From positions 40,548,001 to 40,612,000 of the forward strand of contig OZ260666.1 in NCBI GenBank assembly GCA_965285935.1: DNA of 64,000 nucleotides. The letters run 5' to 3'. A program made the translations under genes and the position numbers. The first letter of the stretch is position 1. Each line of letters begins with the position of its first letter. The notes under the pieces were generated by a model. That model searched no databases. It saw nothing but the letters and a program-made list of their open reading frames with translations, and was not told where the DNA came from. Below, one piece after another: positions 49,730 through 63,576 of the stretch. This DNA is from Ophelia neglecta (Eukaryota).

Positions 49730-52700
49730 TCAGGAATCGCCTAGTTTTGCCTTCTTCAGATCTGGTTCATTACTACTACCATTGTTTTGGTCACATTCAC
49801 CAGGTGGAGCCTCTTTCTGTGTGATGCTTTTCTTGCCCTTTTCTTTGACAATCCTTTCCATTTTTCTCTGTATGTACTCGGTGATGTTGTCAATTCTTAC
49901 TTTGTGTAGCACTGGGAATATACTCTCTATCTTCATGGAGTCTGAAATGAAATGATGAAAACGTATAAATCGTAATGAACAAGGACTTACCATATTTTCA
50001 ATTACTAGTAAACTTCTTTGTTAATCGTCATGGAGAATATTAATTTAAAGTGAATCGAGTTGGTTATGTGAGTGTACAAGGGTTAATTGTCCTGCTGTGT
50101 CAGAGTTCTGGCCTTTACAAGGTAACCTCAATTTTGCACATTATTTAAAGCCCAAACTTTGACCTCTGCACAAAACATGGCCTCTTGGTTGACTCTGGCC
50201 TCAACGTGCCACTATGAGTCTCTTGGCAGCCTAGTCAGCCTAAATGTGACACCAGTGGCCTTCTGGCCGCCTGCTTGGTCTCAAGGCTACACTAGTAGCC
50301 TCCTGACAGCCTCCATGCGACCTGGCCACCTTCAAGACCTCAAAGCTACAAAAGTGGCCTCCTGGAAGATTCTTTGGCCTCAACATGACACAAGCTGGCA
50401 GCCTCCTTTTTGCCTCAATTTTAACCTTTGTACGCTCACATACATCTGGGACATTGTTTGAGGATAAAAACACACAGAGAAACATTAATTTATACTTGTC
50501 TATTACCAGACACTGTTGCTATTGAAAATATCTATAAAATGTAAATTTTGTGATTCAACAAGAGCATACCTTTGAAAAATTCCCAATTTTCATTTACAGT
50601 TTGTATTGTGGGAAATAAAAGACCTCCACTGTTTTCATGTACAACTGAAAACTGCAAAAAAATACACAAAATATTTCAATATTTATACCTTTCTAATCCA
50701 CCTGTTACTCTGATGTCGAAATAAATAAATTGATGAAAAGTATTCATTATAATGGCTTGGTATGGATTTTGAAGCAGAGAATATATTTATCTTATTTTGC
50801 ACATGGCAACATAAGATGTATTTGTACAAATCAAATCTGGTAATAACAACATACTTGTAATGCAAATATAGCCCGGAAACACATTATTGATGTTTGATGT
50901 TTGCTTGCAATGTACGAAAATCAAATAATCAAATCAAAGCCACAATTAAAAGAATAACTTTGTGAAACAAGACCATACAAATTAACACATAAGCAGACAT
51001 TACATAAAGGAGCCATCCAGCGCTTCTTAGAGGTGTTAGCGGAAAAATTGGAGCCAATGGCTTTTTCACTGCAAAGAGGGGTCACTGATATAAATTGACC
51101 AGAAAAGAACATTCCCATGTGTTTCAAAATGGTCCAGTGACAAAATTTCCCATATTTAAAATGTTGACATTTTTCAGATTGACTAGAAGGATATTGCACT
51201 ATTTATTTTCATCTCCCTGAAATAATAATTATAAAACGATGAAAATGAAATTAGTATATAAGTTTTACTAAATTAAAATGTGGTGTGTGCAAATATAGAA
51301 ATGAACAGGCTATTGCATGGTTCTGACAAAATTTAACCTATGTCTGCAGGTGAATATGACTGAGTCAACATTCTGAAATAAAAACAGAAGTAGGTGTCTT
51401 GTAGGCCAAACACTGGGTGCAGTAGGTCACTAGCTTTGTTTTCAACCACAGCCATGACAATTTCTCCATGGTTACTATAAATCAAGTAAAGAGAGGTCTT
51501 GACATTTCCTACACTCAGCATTCACAAACTTTTATTTAGCCTAAAGTTTCCCCTCAACAGTCCAAAATTAAGACTGTTGGTATATATCAGGCATACTGGA
51601 GTCAATTAGAAGGTAAATACAAGTAATAAGAAAGTGTCTCATGTCCTTATTGTGATCCATATTTGGGTTGAGTTTAATCTAATGCTGCCGGAGTGTATTA
51701 GGAGAGTGCGAGTTGGCCTTAAGAGACATGACTCAGTCCTGGTCGCCCCACCACCAGCTCTCAGTATTCACACCATGCCCCATCCTCTGGGCCAGAGAGG
51801 CTCCTCTTGTTCCCCCCTCCATAATCCGTAACATCCAGCCAAAACATGCAATTCTAATATCCACGGCTCTTAACTCGGTTGCAACAGAGACAAGATTCTC
51901 ACAGTTATTAGCCTTGAAATCCCCCTTCAAGTTGTGTTCCACTGTGCCACAGCAAATTTTCATATTTGGGGCCAGCTTACAGAGGATTGACCATCCTGGT
52001 GCTTCTTAGGCCCCTATAAATTTAGCAAAGTGCTCTGTGGAAATGGGCTCAAGTCAAGGAAATCTGCTTTACAATCATATGTTGGAGTTCCCAGGAATCT
52101 TAACAAATCTTACCGCCAGCTTACGCCTTTTAAAGAGGTAATTGTTAGGCATGCTGTAAAGGATATAAAGGAGGAGGGTTTATGAAATCAGCTGACACAG
52201 CCTTTTAACATAACTTTTTTACAATTTTTTACAAATTTCTACAGAATTACTGCATTATAAATTTATATGGAAGTAATATTTTCATCACACCATGATATCT
52301 TTGAATAGAGAAGTTGTGCACATTTTCAGCAAAGTGGCCAAGATGGAGGCTCATTCCTTTCAAGCAAACTATAGCTGTAGGATGTTCTCAACACAATTAT
52401 GACACTTGGTGGGGTGCCTGAGCACCTCGGAAGTAATTGGTTTATCCCAGTTGGAACGATACACAGGGGTGTCGATTAGATTTGGACTGATCACGTTAAG
52501 GGGCCTACCCTCAGCCATTGTCTGCTCATAATATCTTATTGATGGTGACATCGCCACCAAATTGGGCACTTTTTACTCGCCGACCATTCCCCCAGATTTG
52601 TATAATTGGACCGAGAGCTGTAGATGGCCTGTAGCAGTATGCATGGTCAATGGGTGATATTTTACAAGACCTGATGTACACTCGGCAATATTAAATGGTA

Positions 52701-55700
52701 AATCAAATGAGCAAATGAGTTGTATCTCTAGGGCTATCACTAAGGCTATACTTCTCAAAAACCAAGCAAATTCCTCAGTGGCAAAGTGGAATATTTAAAA
52801 AAAAACACCAGGTATATATGACATATGTACCTAGTGTTTGTTTTATTTTAATATTATATTGCTACAATTGTTTCAATATATATATATATAAGTTAATCAA
52901 CAGATGTACACCAATAACCTGCTGTGTACTAAGTTACCTGTAACTTGTCGTCCTCCTTTCGACTGGTGTATAAACACATAGTGCAGTCTTTAGAGGCAAG
53001 TAGGGCCAGTAACTGGCCCTCGCCAGTGAAAGTCACATCCCAGAGTACATCTGGCAGCCGGAGACTCTGCTGGAAGGAGACGCACACCCCCTCTACACCC
53101 CGAGTCACTCTGTAGAGCTGTATCACAGGCAGTCTGTAAAGAAAAACATACATTTCATGCATATCAAATGATATTACATATCATTAAATATAAAAAGTAA
53201 CAACATTTATGATAAATATACATAGATATTAGTGTATGTGTTATTCACCAAGCTAATTTTGTAGAAAATTAATTTTGTGTTTCCAAAAAATTATATGCAT
53301 GCATATGGACAATATTTCACCAATATTATCAAAATTAAAAAGAGTACATTCGAGGGAGATAAGTTAGTTAGACAACTAGGTAGGACATGGTGAAATTTCG
53401 TCCTCAATATTTTGCCTGATTAGATATGAAGTTTAAATCATTTTATCAAGTCACAAATGAATATTGAGAGATTTCCTTATGCCTAAAATCAATATTGTCT
53501 AGAGTGAAAATAGCATGAACCTCAACTCATCCCCACAATATAATGTGCAATAGGCTATAAACGGTATGATTTATTCAAGCTTTCTTTCACTTTTTTACAA
53601 TGATATGCAGCAGAGAACAATGATGAGGTAACTTACTTATCAAAGCCAAGGGCCAGCAGTTTGTTTGTCTGGCAGCAGGCCAGACACTTGAGATCTAGTC
53701 CGTCCTCCAGACCCCAGGTGGCACTGCTACCCTCCAGTCTCTGTCTGACTGTGTGGGGAGAATCCCGGGGATCATTCACATCCTCTGATCCCTGATCCAG
53801 TAAATCCCTGTCCAGATGATCCAGGCAGTCCACACGCCCCAACTCCTCACCTGTCAAGGGATCCCACGCTCGCAGGCTACCATCCTAAATACAAACAGCA
53901 AGACTTTTGATGAAGTTGACTCTTAAGTTCATTGAGGAACAATTGCTTACAGACTCTAGGGAGTTCTTTGAATACTAAAGGCATACAGACTTAGTGTAAA
54001 TTGAAGACATGAGGCATACAGGCAGTAAGAGTACATTGAAGAATAAAGGTTTACAGGCTGTAGGAGTACCTTGAAGAATAAAGGTTTACAGGCTGTAGGA
54101 GTACATTGAAGAATAAAGGTTTACAGACTGTAAGGGTACATTGAAGAAGAAAGGTTTACAGACTGTAAGAGTACACTGAAGAATAAAGGTTTACAGGCTG
54201 TAGGAGTACATTGAAGAATAAAGGTTTACAGACTGTAAGAGTACATTGAAGAAGAAAGGTTTACAGACTGTAAGAGTACACTGGAGAATAAGTCTGTAAG
54301 AGTACATTGAAGAAGAAAGGTTTACAGACTGTAAGAGTACACTGAAGAATAAAGGTTTACAGGCTGTAAGAGTAAATTGAAGAATAAAGGTTCACAGACT
54401 GTAAGAGTACACTGAAGAATAAAGGTTTACAGGCTGTAAGAGTACATTGAAGAATAAAGGTTTACAGACTGTAAGAGTACACTGAAGAATAAATGCTTAC
54501 AGACTCTAAATGTTCATTGAAGACTAAAAACAGACTTTAAGAGTACATTAAAGACTAAAGACTTACAGACAGTAAATGTACATGAAAAATAAAGGCTTAG
54601 TGTACATGTAGGCCTACTTATTTGATATCTTGATTTGACACACCTATAGCATAGCAATTCATTAATATTAAACATCATGGTAATTATATCCATCTGTAAA
54701 TATTCATAAATGAGGGCCTGGTAGCAGTTAGTCATTTGATTTGAGTACTAGGAATCTAGTTAAATATGAATAAATCTACATTGTATTATCACAGTATTTC
54801 AATGTAGTCACCAGTAGCCTGACTACGATGTGCTACTGACTAGACAGTACTGACACCAGGTGGTAAAATAATTCATAGTGATCATGTCAATGGCCATCAT
54901 CACATGATAAACAGAGTGTTTAATATTAATGAATTTCTGAATATGTTAAAGAAATATTTCCAATAACCTACTCCTGAGCCGGACATCAAGATCTTGTCCT
55001 CCTTCAGATAGGCCAGACGGCTCACATAACTGTAAGACAACAGCAGATTTATATATATTTTAGGCAGTTTTGGAAGACATTGCAGAATTTTTTTTACAAA
55101 ATATATCATTTTTTGGTTACTTCAAAATTTAATGATGTTTAATAAAATTAACCATCTCTCTGAAGTTTACTTCAAACACATATCTAACATATGTGTATTT
55201 ATTTTTGCATAATCTTGAAGTTTAAGAGAAAATCAATTAAGACAGTTAAAGCATACACTCATTTGCACAAAAGTTTATCAACATTAGTTCTGTTGAAAAT
55301 TCAAACATAATATAATAAGAAAGTAATTCATTTTAAATGAACCATTATAGTCACAGCTGCCATCAACATCTATGAATAGAATGGCAATTTAACATATACA
55401 GTTGGCAAGTGTAGAAAAATTGCCATAAAAAACAGGACGTTCATTGTTTTCATTTGAACATCAGCAGTGACATATGTGCTCAAGAGTATTGTCATGAGAT
55501 GCCACGGTCAGATTCAGAGGGGGGACACAAGGGTCGAAACCCTCCATTTTTGTTTTCCACAACATGCTCCCAGGGCCTGCATGTGTAGGGGTGCTAAGGC
55601 CGGCCCCTCCAAGCCCCAGACCGTCTTTCTGGAAGGGCAAACCCTCCTGACACCCCCCTAAGGGAAGCCAATCTATTTGTACTTAAATTCTAGATCCGAC

Positions 55701-58700
55701 AGCAGGTTGCAAAGCACCTGCAGAGGCAGGACCCAGTCTGTAAAAGGCCAGGCCCAACAAACATGTTTGCTCACTCCATGTCAAACTAGGAAATTGGCAG
55801 GAACATATACAGATGCTTATCAATACATCACAATAACATTGACAGTCCCATGGCCACTGAATTAAGCTGGAGAAGGCTTCCATCCCAGCTCCAAGCATTC
55901 TTATCAATACCTGAAAATCACTTGCATCAATACTCGGCTAGCAGTTTAACATGTTAAATATGTGTCATATTTCTGTCCTTGTTTTCAGCGTGGGAGCTAA
56001 AATTGTAGCAATCCACTCTTTAAGTGAATGGGATATCAACTTAATGAAGAATCAATTCCAAGTGCGATAAATGCGGCCATCAGCTCCAATATAAATTACA
56101 AACTTAGGTACAAACTCACCATATTATCTTTCCCCATATTCACAACTTTCAACAACAAGTTAAACCTTAAACTTCAAGCATGAACCCCAGCAAATGATCC
56201 ATGGCACCAGCTGGTGGTACACAGTGACTGGCTATTTGTGTTGAAGACTCATGAAAAATTGAGATATACCCTATTAAGGGTAGGGCTTTTCAAGATAAAT
56301 TAATCTGCCTTGCATATTTTTTGCAACATTCATATATATTTGAATATACTACCCATGAAGACAATCATTTGCAACAGGCAACTCAATGAATCATCAGGTC
56401 AATTAAAGCTATTCTTGCTTCTTAACAGAAAGTAGACAAGAAGAATCTCCAATTGCAAACAAATTGACAAAGGAAACAAACAGTCACACATTTAAATTGA
56501 TGAATTTTTTACAATCATGGCTGAAATCAAGGTCAAATTACAATACAAATCTCAATTCGCAAAATGATAAACTACAATATTCCAGAAAAGAAATAAATTT
56601 TGGCAATTTTGGGTCTGATAATAGGGTTATTTGAAACAGATATTTTATGTTATTCACAGTTGAATATCAAGTTGCAATGCATTGTGTGTGTGTGTGTGGG
56701 AAGGGGGGGTTACTTTATGACTTTAGCATTTAACATGGAGACTTTTGTGAAACTGGTGAATTTCCAGATTGTGTTTCATTCCTGGTAAACGGGGGTTAAA
56801 AGGACGATGCCATAACTGTACGATTACCAATGAACTCAAGGTCAACCTACTATATGCTTAAATAATAATGGCATGCTTTGATACTAGAAACCAAACAGTG
56901 CACTGTTGTACAATTTGGTGTTTAATTTTTTATCACACAGTTTACAAATCTAAGTGAATATAATCAAAGAGAAAAAATACCACTTGTAATGATTATCATT
57001 ATTTATTAGCTGATTAGTTTTTAATGTTGCTTTTCAGGAAAACCTTCAAACCTAAAAAAAAAATAGGTCAGTCAGTGGGAATAACAGAGGAAAATGTATA
57101 GAGGGAAAAAAATAATTGCTGCACAGTTTATTTAGCTATAATCTTATTTAAAATTGTACCATTGAATTGTGCTTTGAAAAAAAATTTACATCTAGAATTC
57201 TTCACGAAAATTTGCCCTAATTTTCAAGGGAAACTTAGATGGTATGGACTATTGTCCTGCATTGGAATAAAATGTTGACAGGCAAATATTAGTGTAGGCA
57301 GTGAACATGAGAAAGATCTTTGGATAGGGTCAATGTGGACCGTACCAGTGGGTTTGTGAACCAAGGAATCAGAAAATGTAGGCTTAATATCTCATTATTA
57401 CAGTCTGCTCTTTTCTTTATTCTTTAAGCCTGCATGGTAATAATGGAGGGGACCTTGTATATTGATACCTTTAGAATTTAATTAATTTGAACTTTTATGG
57501 TGAACATTTAATGTACTCTTGGGTGTTGAAAATGTTGCCAAGCCAAATGCTGATGCTTTGAGCATCAAAATCCAATGTGCTTCTATTTTTTTGTTTATTT
57601 TATCAACTTAGGTAACTTGTAGATTTCGAACTATAGGAGGTAGCTGGACTTAGTCCAGGATATGCATGAACTAGGTATTTAAGATTATCAGTTAAATCTT
57701 TGAGCAAAACTTTTCTACAATTACCCTTGCTGTGAATTATTTGAGTATTATACAGTGAGGCCTGTGAATTCAGACCACCCAATGGACTGGTAAACACTGC
57801 TCTGATTATGAAGGTGGTCTTTTGAGAGAGGTTATTTACATACTGTGAATGTGCAGTATTGTCTTTATATTTGCGGTCTGAATAAACAAATGGTATGAAT
57901 ATAGAGGTGGTCTTTAGGCAGGTTGAACTGTAGATTTTGCAATCTCCAAACTGCTCTTTTAGCACCACTTTATTAATAATTACTAGAAATAAATTAAAAA
58001 TATTGGAATATATTCTGATAAGCAGTTAACCCAGCCTGGTAAACCAGCAGTTGAGATTTCTCATCTTAATCACTGCAGTAGAATAATACATCATACTGTA
58101 AACCCTTATATTACACAAACCCCTTATCTTGTGAATTTTGCGAGTAGGGTCAATACCAAGAAATTTAATTGCTTGCGCCAAATTAGAGGCCCAGTGAGAA
58201 ACCAATGGCGGCTACCTCTAAAAGGCAATATTTAATGTCAGCCAAATAATTTGTGTGCCAAAATCGTGACCATTAACAGACACAAAATAAGAGTGTTTTA
58301 TAGTTACAGGGGCACAAGAGCATGTATTGAAACTGGTCCACATTAGCACAAAAAGTTATTTATCAGGAATTTCAAATTTTGATTTGAAATTTTAATTCAT
58401 AATATGGACTTAAAATTTGGATTAGCTTTTTTTCCCAATTTGAAATTATGCTAGGTATTTTTTCCATTTGATATGCCCCTAAAAAGGAACAAAAAGCTTA
58501 AAACTTTGGAATGTGACCACTGACCAAGTCAGCACACAGCTGAGGGGCATTGCTGAATACACTATTTAGAGCACAACCATAAAACAGTTGCAAGAATGTA
58601 ATCATCCTAATAGCTATAATTTCAAAAATAAATTGTAATGAAATCATTATGAATTTTCAAATAAAATTGCTCCCCAATTGTACAGGTGTATATCCTATTG

Positions 58701-61700
58701 AATGTCACTTGGGTCGATAGCGCTGTTAGGCTCATTAATGCCCATTATATGATGGTCGGATTGTTATGGGTCACCGGTGACATTCAGATCACTCTGCATA
58801 AAAGACAGCCAACAGTGCAGAACATTAACAGGATGAATTGGGCTCAACTGACATGTTTGACCTCTGACCCTTGCCAAGTGATGATTACTAAGGTGATTGG
58901 TGAAGGAGCCAGTAATGTCCACCTCTGGGCCCATGCCATGTTTACTATATTATTATATACTACTTGTATCCCCAGAGAATACAGGAGCCGTGCCAGACCA
59001 AGGTACCTTGCGGCAGCAATCAACCATAGAGCCCGGGAACAAAACACAAAACCTGATAGGACAATGGAAGTCCGTTTTAATTGCTGGCTAAATGGACATT
59101 AAGTGTGCCATGGAGTCTGGCAGATGAAAGGAGAGTTTGAGACAGGTAAACAGTGAGGCCACGTGGCAGGCAGAGAACGGTGACAGGTGAGATGGGCACC
59201 AGGCCAGCTCGTGTCCCCCACACGGCGGCCATTGTGCAGCAGACGGGCTCGCTCCCAGAACCCCTCGGGTCACCATCTAAACAACCCCTCTCACTGTGAC
59301 CTGTAAACAGACTCTCTTCAAAACAGGCTACAGCAACTGACAAAAGCAAATGTTCACAAAGCTTTCCTTTACTATCTGACTCAGTGTGTCTGATAAATGC
59401 TTTACAAACAGGCTCAATATAAATTCTACATTACATTTGAAGGTGCACTGCATTCAATTCTGGCTGCATTGTCAAGCTCACTTGTTTAAGCCAGTTAAGT
59501 TGTCTTATTATGTTAACACAAAAGATGCATTAATTACAATTGTCAAGCCCACAATATTGTCCTGCTATGGCTGTTGTTCTGAACATGACTGGCCTGTCAC
59601 ATTATATAAACCTATCTAAGGTTTAGAGGCTATGATTGTTGTTGGTAGCCACTCTGGGAGAGAGCAGTTGGCAGAGCTTTATAATGGTTTGTGGTGGGTA
59701 GGTTGGTCTGTGGTCAGGGATTCCTAGAACAGCCGCAGGGTAAATATTGGTACATTAGCCAGTACTGGGCCCCTATTACACGCACATACCTTGTTTCACA
59801 TCCGCTGAGTCAACAGCGGCACATGCCAGCTTTCCAGAATAATACTTGTGACGCATTGCAAGGCATGGGACAATTACTCCAGCCCCTTGCCCTCGGCCCA
59901 AAGTCAAATTTACTCATATAACAAAGTGGACAATTCTGACAAGGTGCTATGACATGCAGCTTTACGATTCTGGGAATTACAGCATGGTTGACGGACAATG
60001 GCCGATCAAGTTGAAATTGGCAGAGACTTTACTTAAAGTGATGTTGCCTTGATGTTTGAAGCTGAACCTGCTTGCCTTTTTGCAGCCAATCATCATGTTC
60101 CATTATGACCAATATTCTAATAAAATATTTGCAGACTGGTGCAGCTCAGAGTTAATTAAGCAGGCCGCCCTTATTCCAAGTCATGACGGAACAGATGGAA
60201 GTTATCTTTGCCAACGTGCAGCAATACACATTTGAAAATATAATAACTGACTGTAAAATTAAAACAACCATCATGCCTTTCAGCCTACAACAATACAGCT
60301 TCCTTTTCATTCCCCAAACACCTCACTTTGGTAATTCTCCCCTTGAATATGTCCATAAGCCTATTGTGTACATAGGTGAATCACCACACCTGCGATTAAT
60401 CAGATGAGCAGCCCCAGCCTATTTCAGAGTATTTCAACTGATCCGTCAGGGAATCCAGGTGAACACATGTGGTGAATATCACCTTGCCGGTTTTCAATGC
60501 ATTTTAATCTGCCGGATCTGCGTCATTTGTTTCTGTGCAGGTGGTATAAACTTGTAAAATAATGTTACATAGCATTGGAAAATGCCTTGCGGCAAAGCTG
60601 GTAATTGTGTCATTCATCCAGTAGATATCAATGGCTTTGATCTCCCATTTCTTCTATCAAACTTAAGCTGGCTAACTAATCTGTATGAATTGTTCCTTTG
60701 ATGCAGTTATGCCAAATAGACAGAAATTATCTCCCACAATGATGTAAAACAATACAGCTTTACAATCAATTCTTTAATTGTAACCAATTAATAATGTTTA
60801 AACAAAATGAATATCATTATTTTCCAAAAGTGACTTACCCAAAATTGTCAATAGATATTTATCTTACAAGTTTTGTAACAAAATAATTATTGCCCTAAAC
60901 AATATAATAGGCTGGGATATTATGGCTGTATGCCTCAGACAGTAGGCCTGGATGTTGTAGCTGTTGGGGTAGTGCCCCAGACTTGACTCTGTATGCCCCA
61001 GACAGTAGGCCTGGATGTTGTAGCTGTCGGGGTAGTGCCCCAGACTTGACTCTGTATGCCCCAGACAGTAGGCCTGGATGATGTAGCTGTTGGGGTAGTG
61101 CCCCAGACTTACTCTGTATGCCCCAGACAGGTCTGGATGTTGTAGCTGTTGGGGTAGTGCCCCAGACTTACTCTGCATGCCCCAGACAGGTCTGGATGTT
61201 GTAGCTGTTGGGGTAGTGCCCCAGACTTACTCTGTATGCCCCAGACAGGTCTGGATGTTGTAGCTGTTGGGGTAGTGCCCCAGACTTACTCTGTATGCCC
61301 CAGACAGTAGGCCTGGATGATGTAGCTGTTGGGGTAGTGCCCCAGACTAACTCTGTATGCCCCAGACAGGTCTGGATGTTGTAGCTGTTGGGGTAGTGCC
61401 CCAGACTTACTCTGTATGCCCCAGACAGGTCTGGATGTTGTAGCTGTTGGGGTAGTGCCCCAGACTTACTCTGTATGCCCCAGACAGGTCTGGATGTTGT
61501 AGCTGTTGGGGTAGTGCCCCAGACTTACTCTGTATGCCCCAGACAGTAGGCCTGGATGATGTAGCTGTTGGGGTAGTGCCCCAGACTTACTCTGCATGCC
61601 CCAGACAGGTCTGGATGTTGTAGCTGTTGGGGTAGTGCCCCAGACTTACTCTGTATGCCCCAGACAGGTCTGGATGTTGTAGCTGTTGGGGTAGTGCCCC

Positions 61701-63576
61701 AGACTTACTCTGTATGCCCCAGACAGTAGGTCTGGATGTTGTAGCTGTTGGGGTAGTGCCCCAGACTTACTCTGTATGCCCCAGACAGTAGGTCTGGATG
61801 TTGTAGCTGTTGGGGTAGTGCCCCAGACTTACTCTGTATGCCCCAGACAGTAGGCCTGGATGTTGTAGCTGTTGGGGTAGTGCCCCAGACTTACTCTGTA
61901 TGCCCCAGACAGTAGGTCTGGATGTTGTAGCCATTGGGGTAGTGACTAACCCTGACTTTCTCATCTCGGTCAGCAGTCACTACAAATCTGTCATCTATAA
62001 GGATCTAAAAAACAGAGAAATCAAACTAGTAAACACAGATCAACAAAGCCACATTAATGTACTGAATTCCTGATAGACTTTATAATTAATTTGACAAATA
62101 ATAAAAAATCATAGAGCTATTTTGACCCCTTGCTATTGCTTCACATTGATTGTAGCCTGCAATTAACACAAGTAATTTATGTACCTTTTCTAGACTTGAA
62201 ATGTTTTTAGTGTACATCATTGTGATTATTGAACAATGCAAATGAAATTTTGTCAGGCTGCATGGCACAGTTTGACAGCTTCTTTATTCTGTTGGAAAAT
62301 TATTACAGCTGTATTGTTCTAAAAGGTACCATTAGCTGTGAGAGAAGCTGGAAATAAGGCAAGGGAGCCCAAAGGTATCCGGCAGGCCTGTAAATCAGAG
62401 GGCAAATAACAAATATGATGGTTACATGTGTAGCAGGGAATGTTTTAGTCTCCGTCCATTCAACCAAGAATTGTTCAGAATTCAATGGCTGAAGTAAATC
62501 AGTCGGGCTAAGTGAGTTTTGAAGACAGGCACGAGTATATTTGAGAGTTAGAGTTTTGCAATTTCCTCTTTTTTTGAAGCTTAAAATAACTAATCTATCT
62601 TTAATAAACAAAAAATCAAAGACTTATGATCCCAGTGTCACATCCTCCCCACATTTAAATAAACTAGAGAGAATAATGACAGCATTGGTTATAACAAAGA
62701 TAATGGTGAATTTTAAGACCTTGCAATCAGCCTAAGTCAACTTCCATATTAACATTTTAAACAGATCAGTTAAATTCTCAGTTAAATAGAAATTGTCAAA
62801 TGTTTATTGATTTATTTTCACACACAAAAGGTGTACAAGTGGTCCAAGTACTTCTCTCTTGTTTAGGATGCATAACTCTTGACATTACTGTCATTTAAAT
62901 TATACAGGAGTGATTTTGATAAATTTGACAATGCATTGATGCGTTAAAAACCAATGCAAATGCTAACATTGTCGAGACATGATTTGGTAACTCCGCCTGG
63001 AAAGCTTCTATCACCGTTAGAGAGATTCATGCTGGGAAAGGGCATGCATTTAAATGTCATTTGGCACAGTTAGCCATCATGGCATAGTGGCCCACTTCCT
63101 GTCATGTTACCGAAACGCTCAAATCAGCGGCTGGATTGAGGATCACAAGGTAATGGATGGGTGTGTCCACTCCCTAAATGAAACATACCACACGTCCTCA
63201 CAATCACTGAAGGATCTCAGTCGCAGGAAGTTACTGCTATACCATAAAATACAATGACCACAACATGCATTATTATTGAGTGACCATCTAGAATTACCAA
63301 TCTATTCATTCCATTGTTTCTTCCTCCAAAAGGAAGGTAATTTATAAGGATACACTTTTTGTTTACCCGTATTTAAGAACAATCTAATAGAGGAGCACAG
63401 TATTGCTACTCACCAGATCGAGGAGCATGGACACATGTCCCATAAGAGGCTGCTTCTCTCCCGACTCCTCTGGCCTCACCACCGAGAACCTGTGTACATC
63501 TCCTGACTTGTCTGCCACCAAAACATAACTCTCGTCAGCAGTAAAGGTTAGAGCAGTGCCTCGCCGGAACAGGGAC
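49730..63576 (-). CDS. WDR4: tRNA (guanine-N7)-methyltransferase non-catalytic subunit WDR4/TRM82; 5'-partial
   Basis: Exons (minus): 63576-63414, 62004-61895, 55029-54972, 53884-53637, 53133-52938, 50651-50570, 49941-49730; phases consistent. Motifs [63 protein letters not shown]. Confidence 0.93.
53960..54600. repeat. 35-bp minisatellite in a WDR4 intron (about 14 good copies plus degenerate flanks)
   Basis: Unit GAGTACATTGAAGAATAAAGGTTTACAGACTGTAA, starting at 54029, 54064, 54099 and onward. Confidence 0.92.
55506..55700. mobile_element. Degenerate Harbinger-like MITE
   Basis: Imperfect inverted ends GTCAGATTCAG / CTAGATCCGAC with G-runs and C-runs inside. Confidence 0.35.
57753..57930. 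mobile_element. Tigger/pogo-type MITE in a WDR4 intron
   Basis: TA-CAGTGAGGCCTG...CAGGTTGAACTG-TA; internal AGGTGGTCTTT repeats shared with the 7624 and 30537 copies. Confidence 0.65.
60925..61945 (-). repeat. Exon-derived minisatellite (59/62/63-bp units, 17 copies including the genuine exon end)
   Basis: Sense-strand unit GTAAGTCTGGGGCACTACCCCAACAGCTACAACATCCAG(G/A)CC(TAC)TGTCTGGGGCATACAGA; contiguous with WDR4 exon 62004-61895. Confidence 0.95.

Noticed and set aside
50100-50420. 100-aa ORF with recurring TGGCCTC motifs
   Set aside because: Degenerate intronic tandem repeat with no recognisable protein.
58686-59349. ORFs in the WDR4 intron considered as a nested gene
   Set aside because: No recognisable domains and no consistent exon chain.
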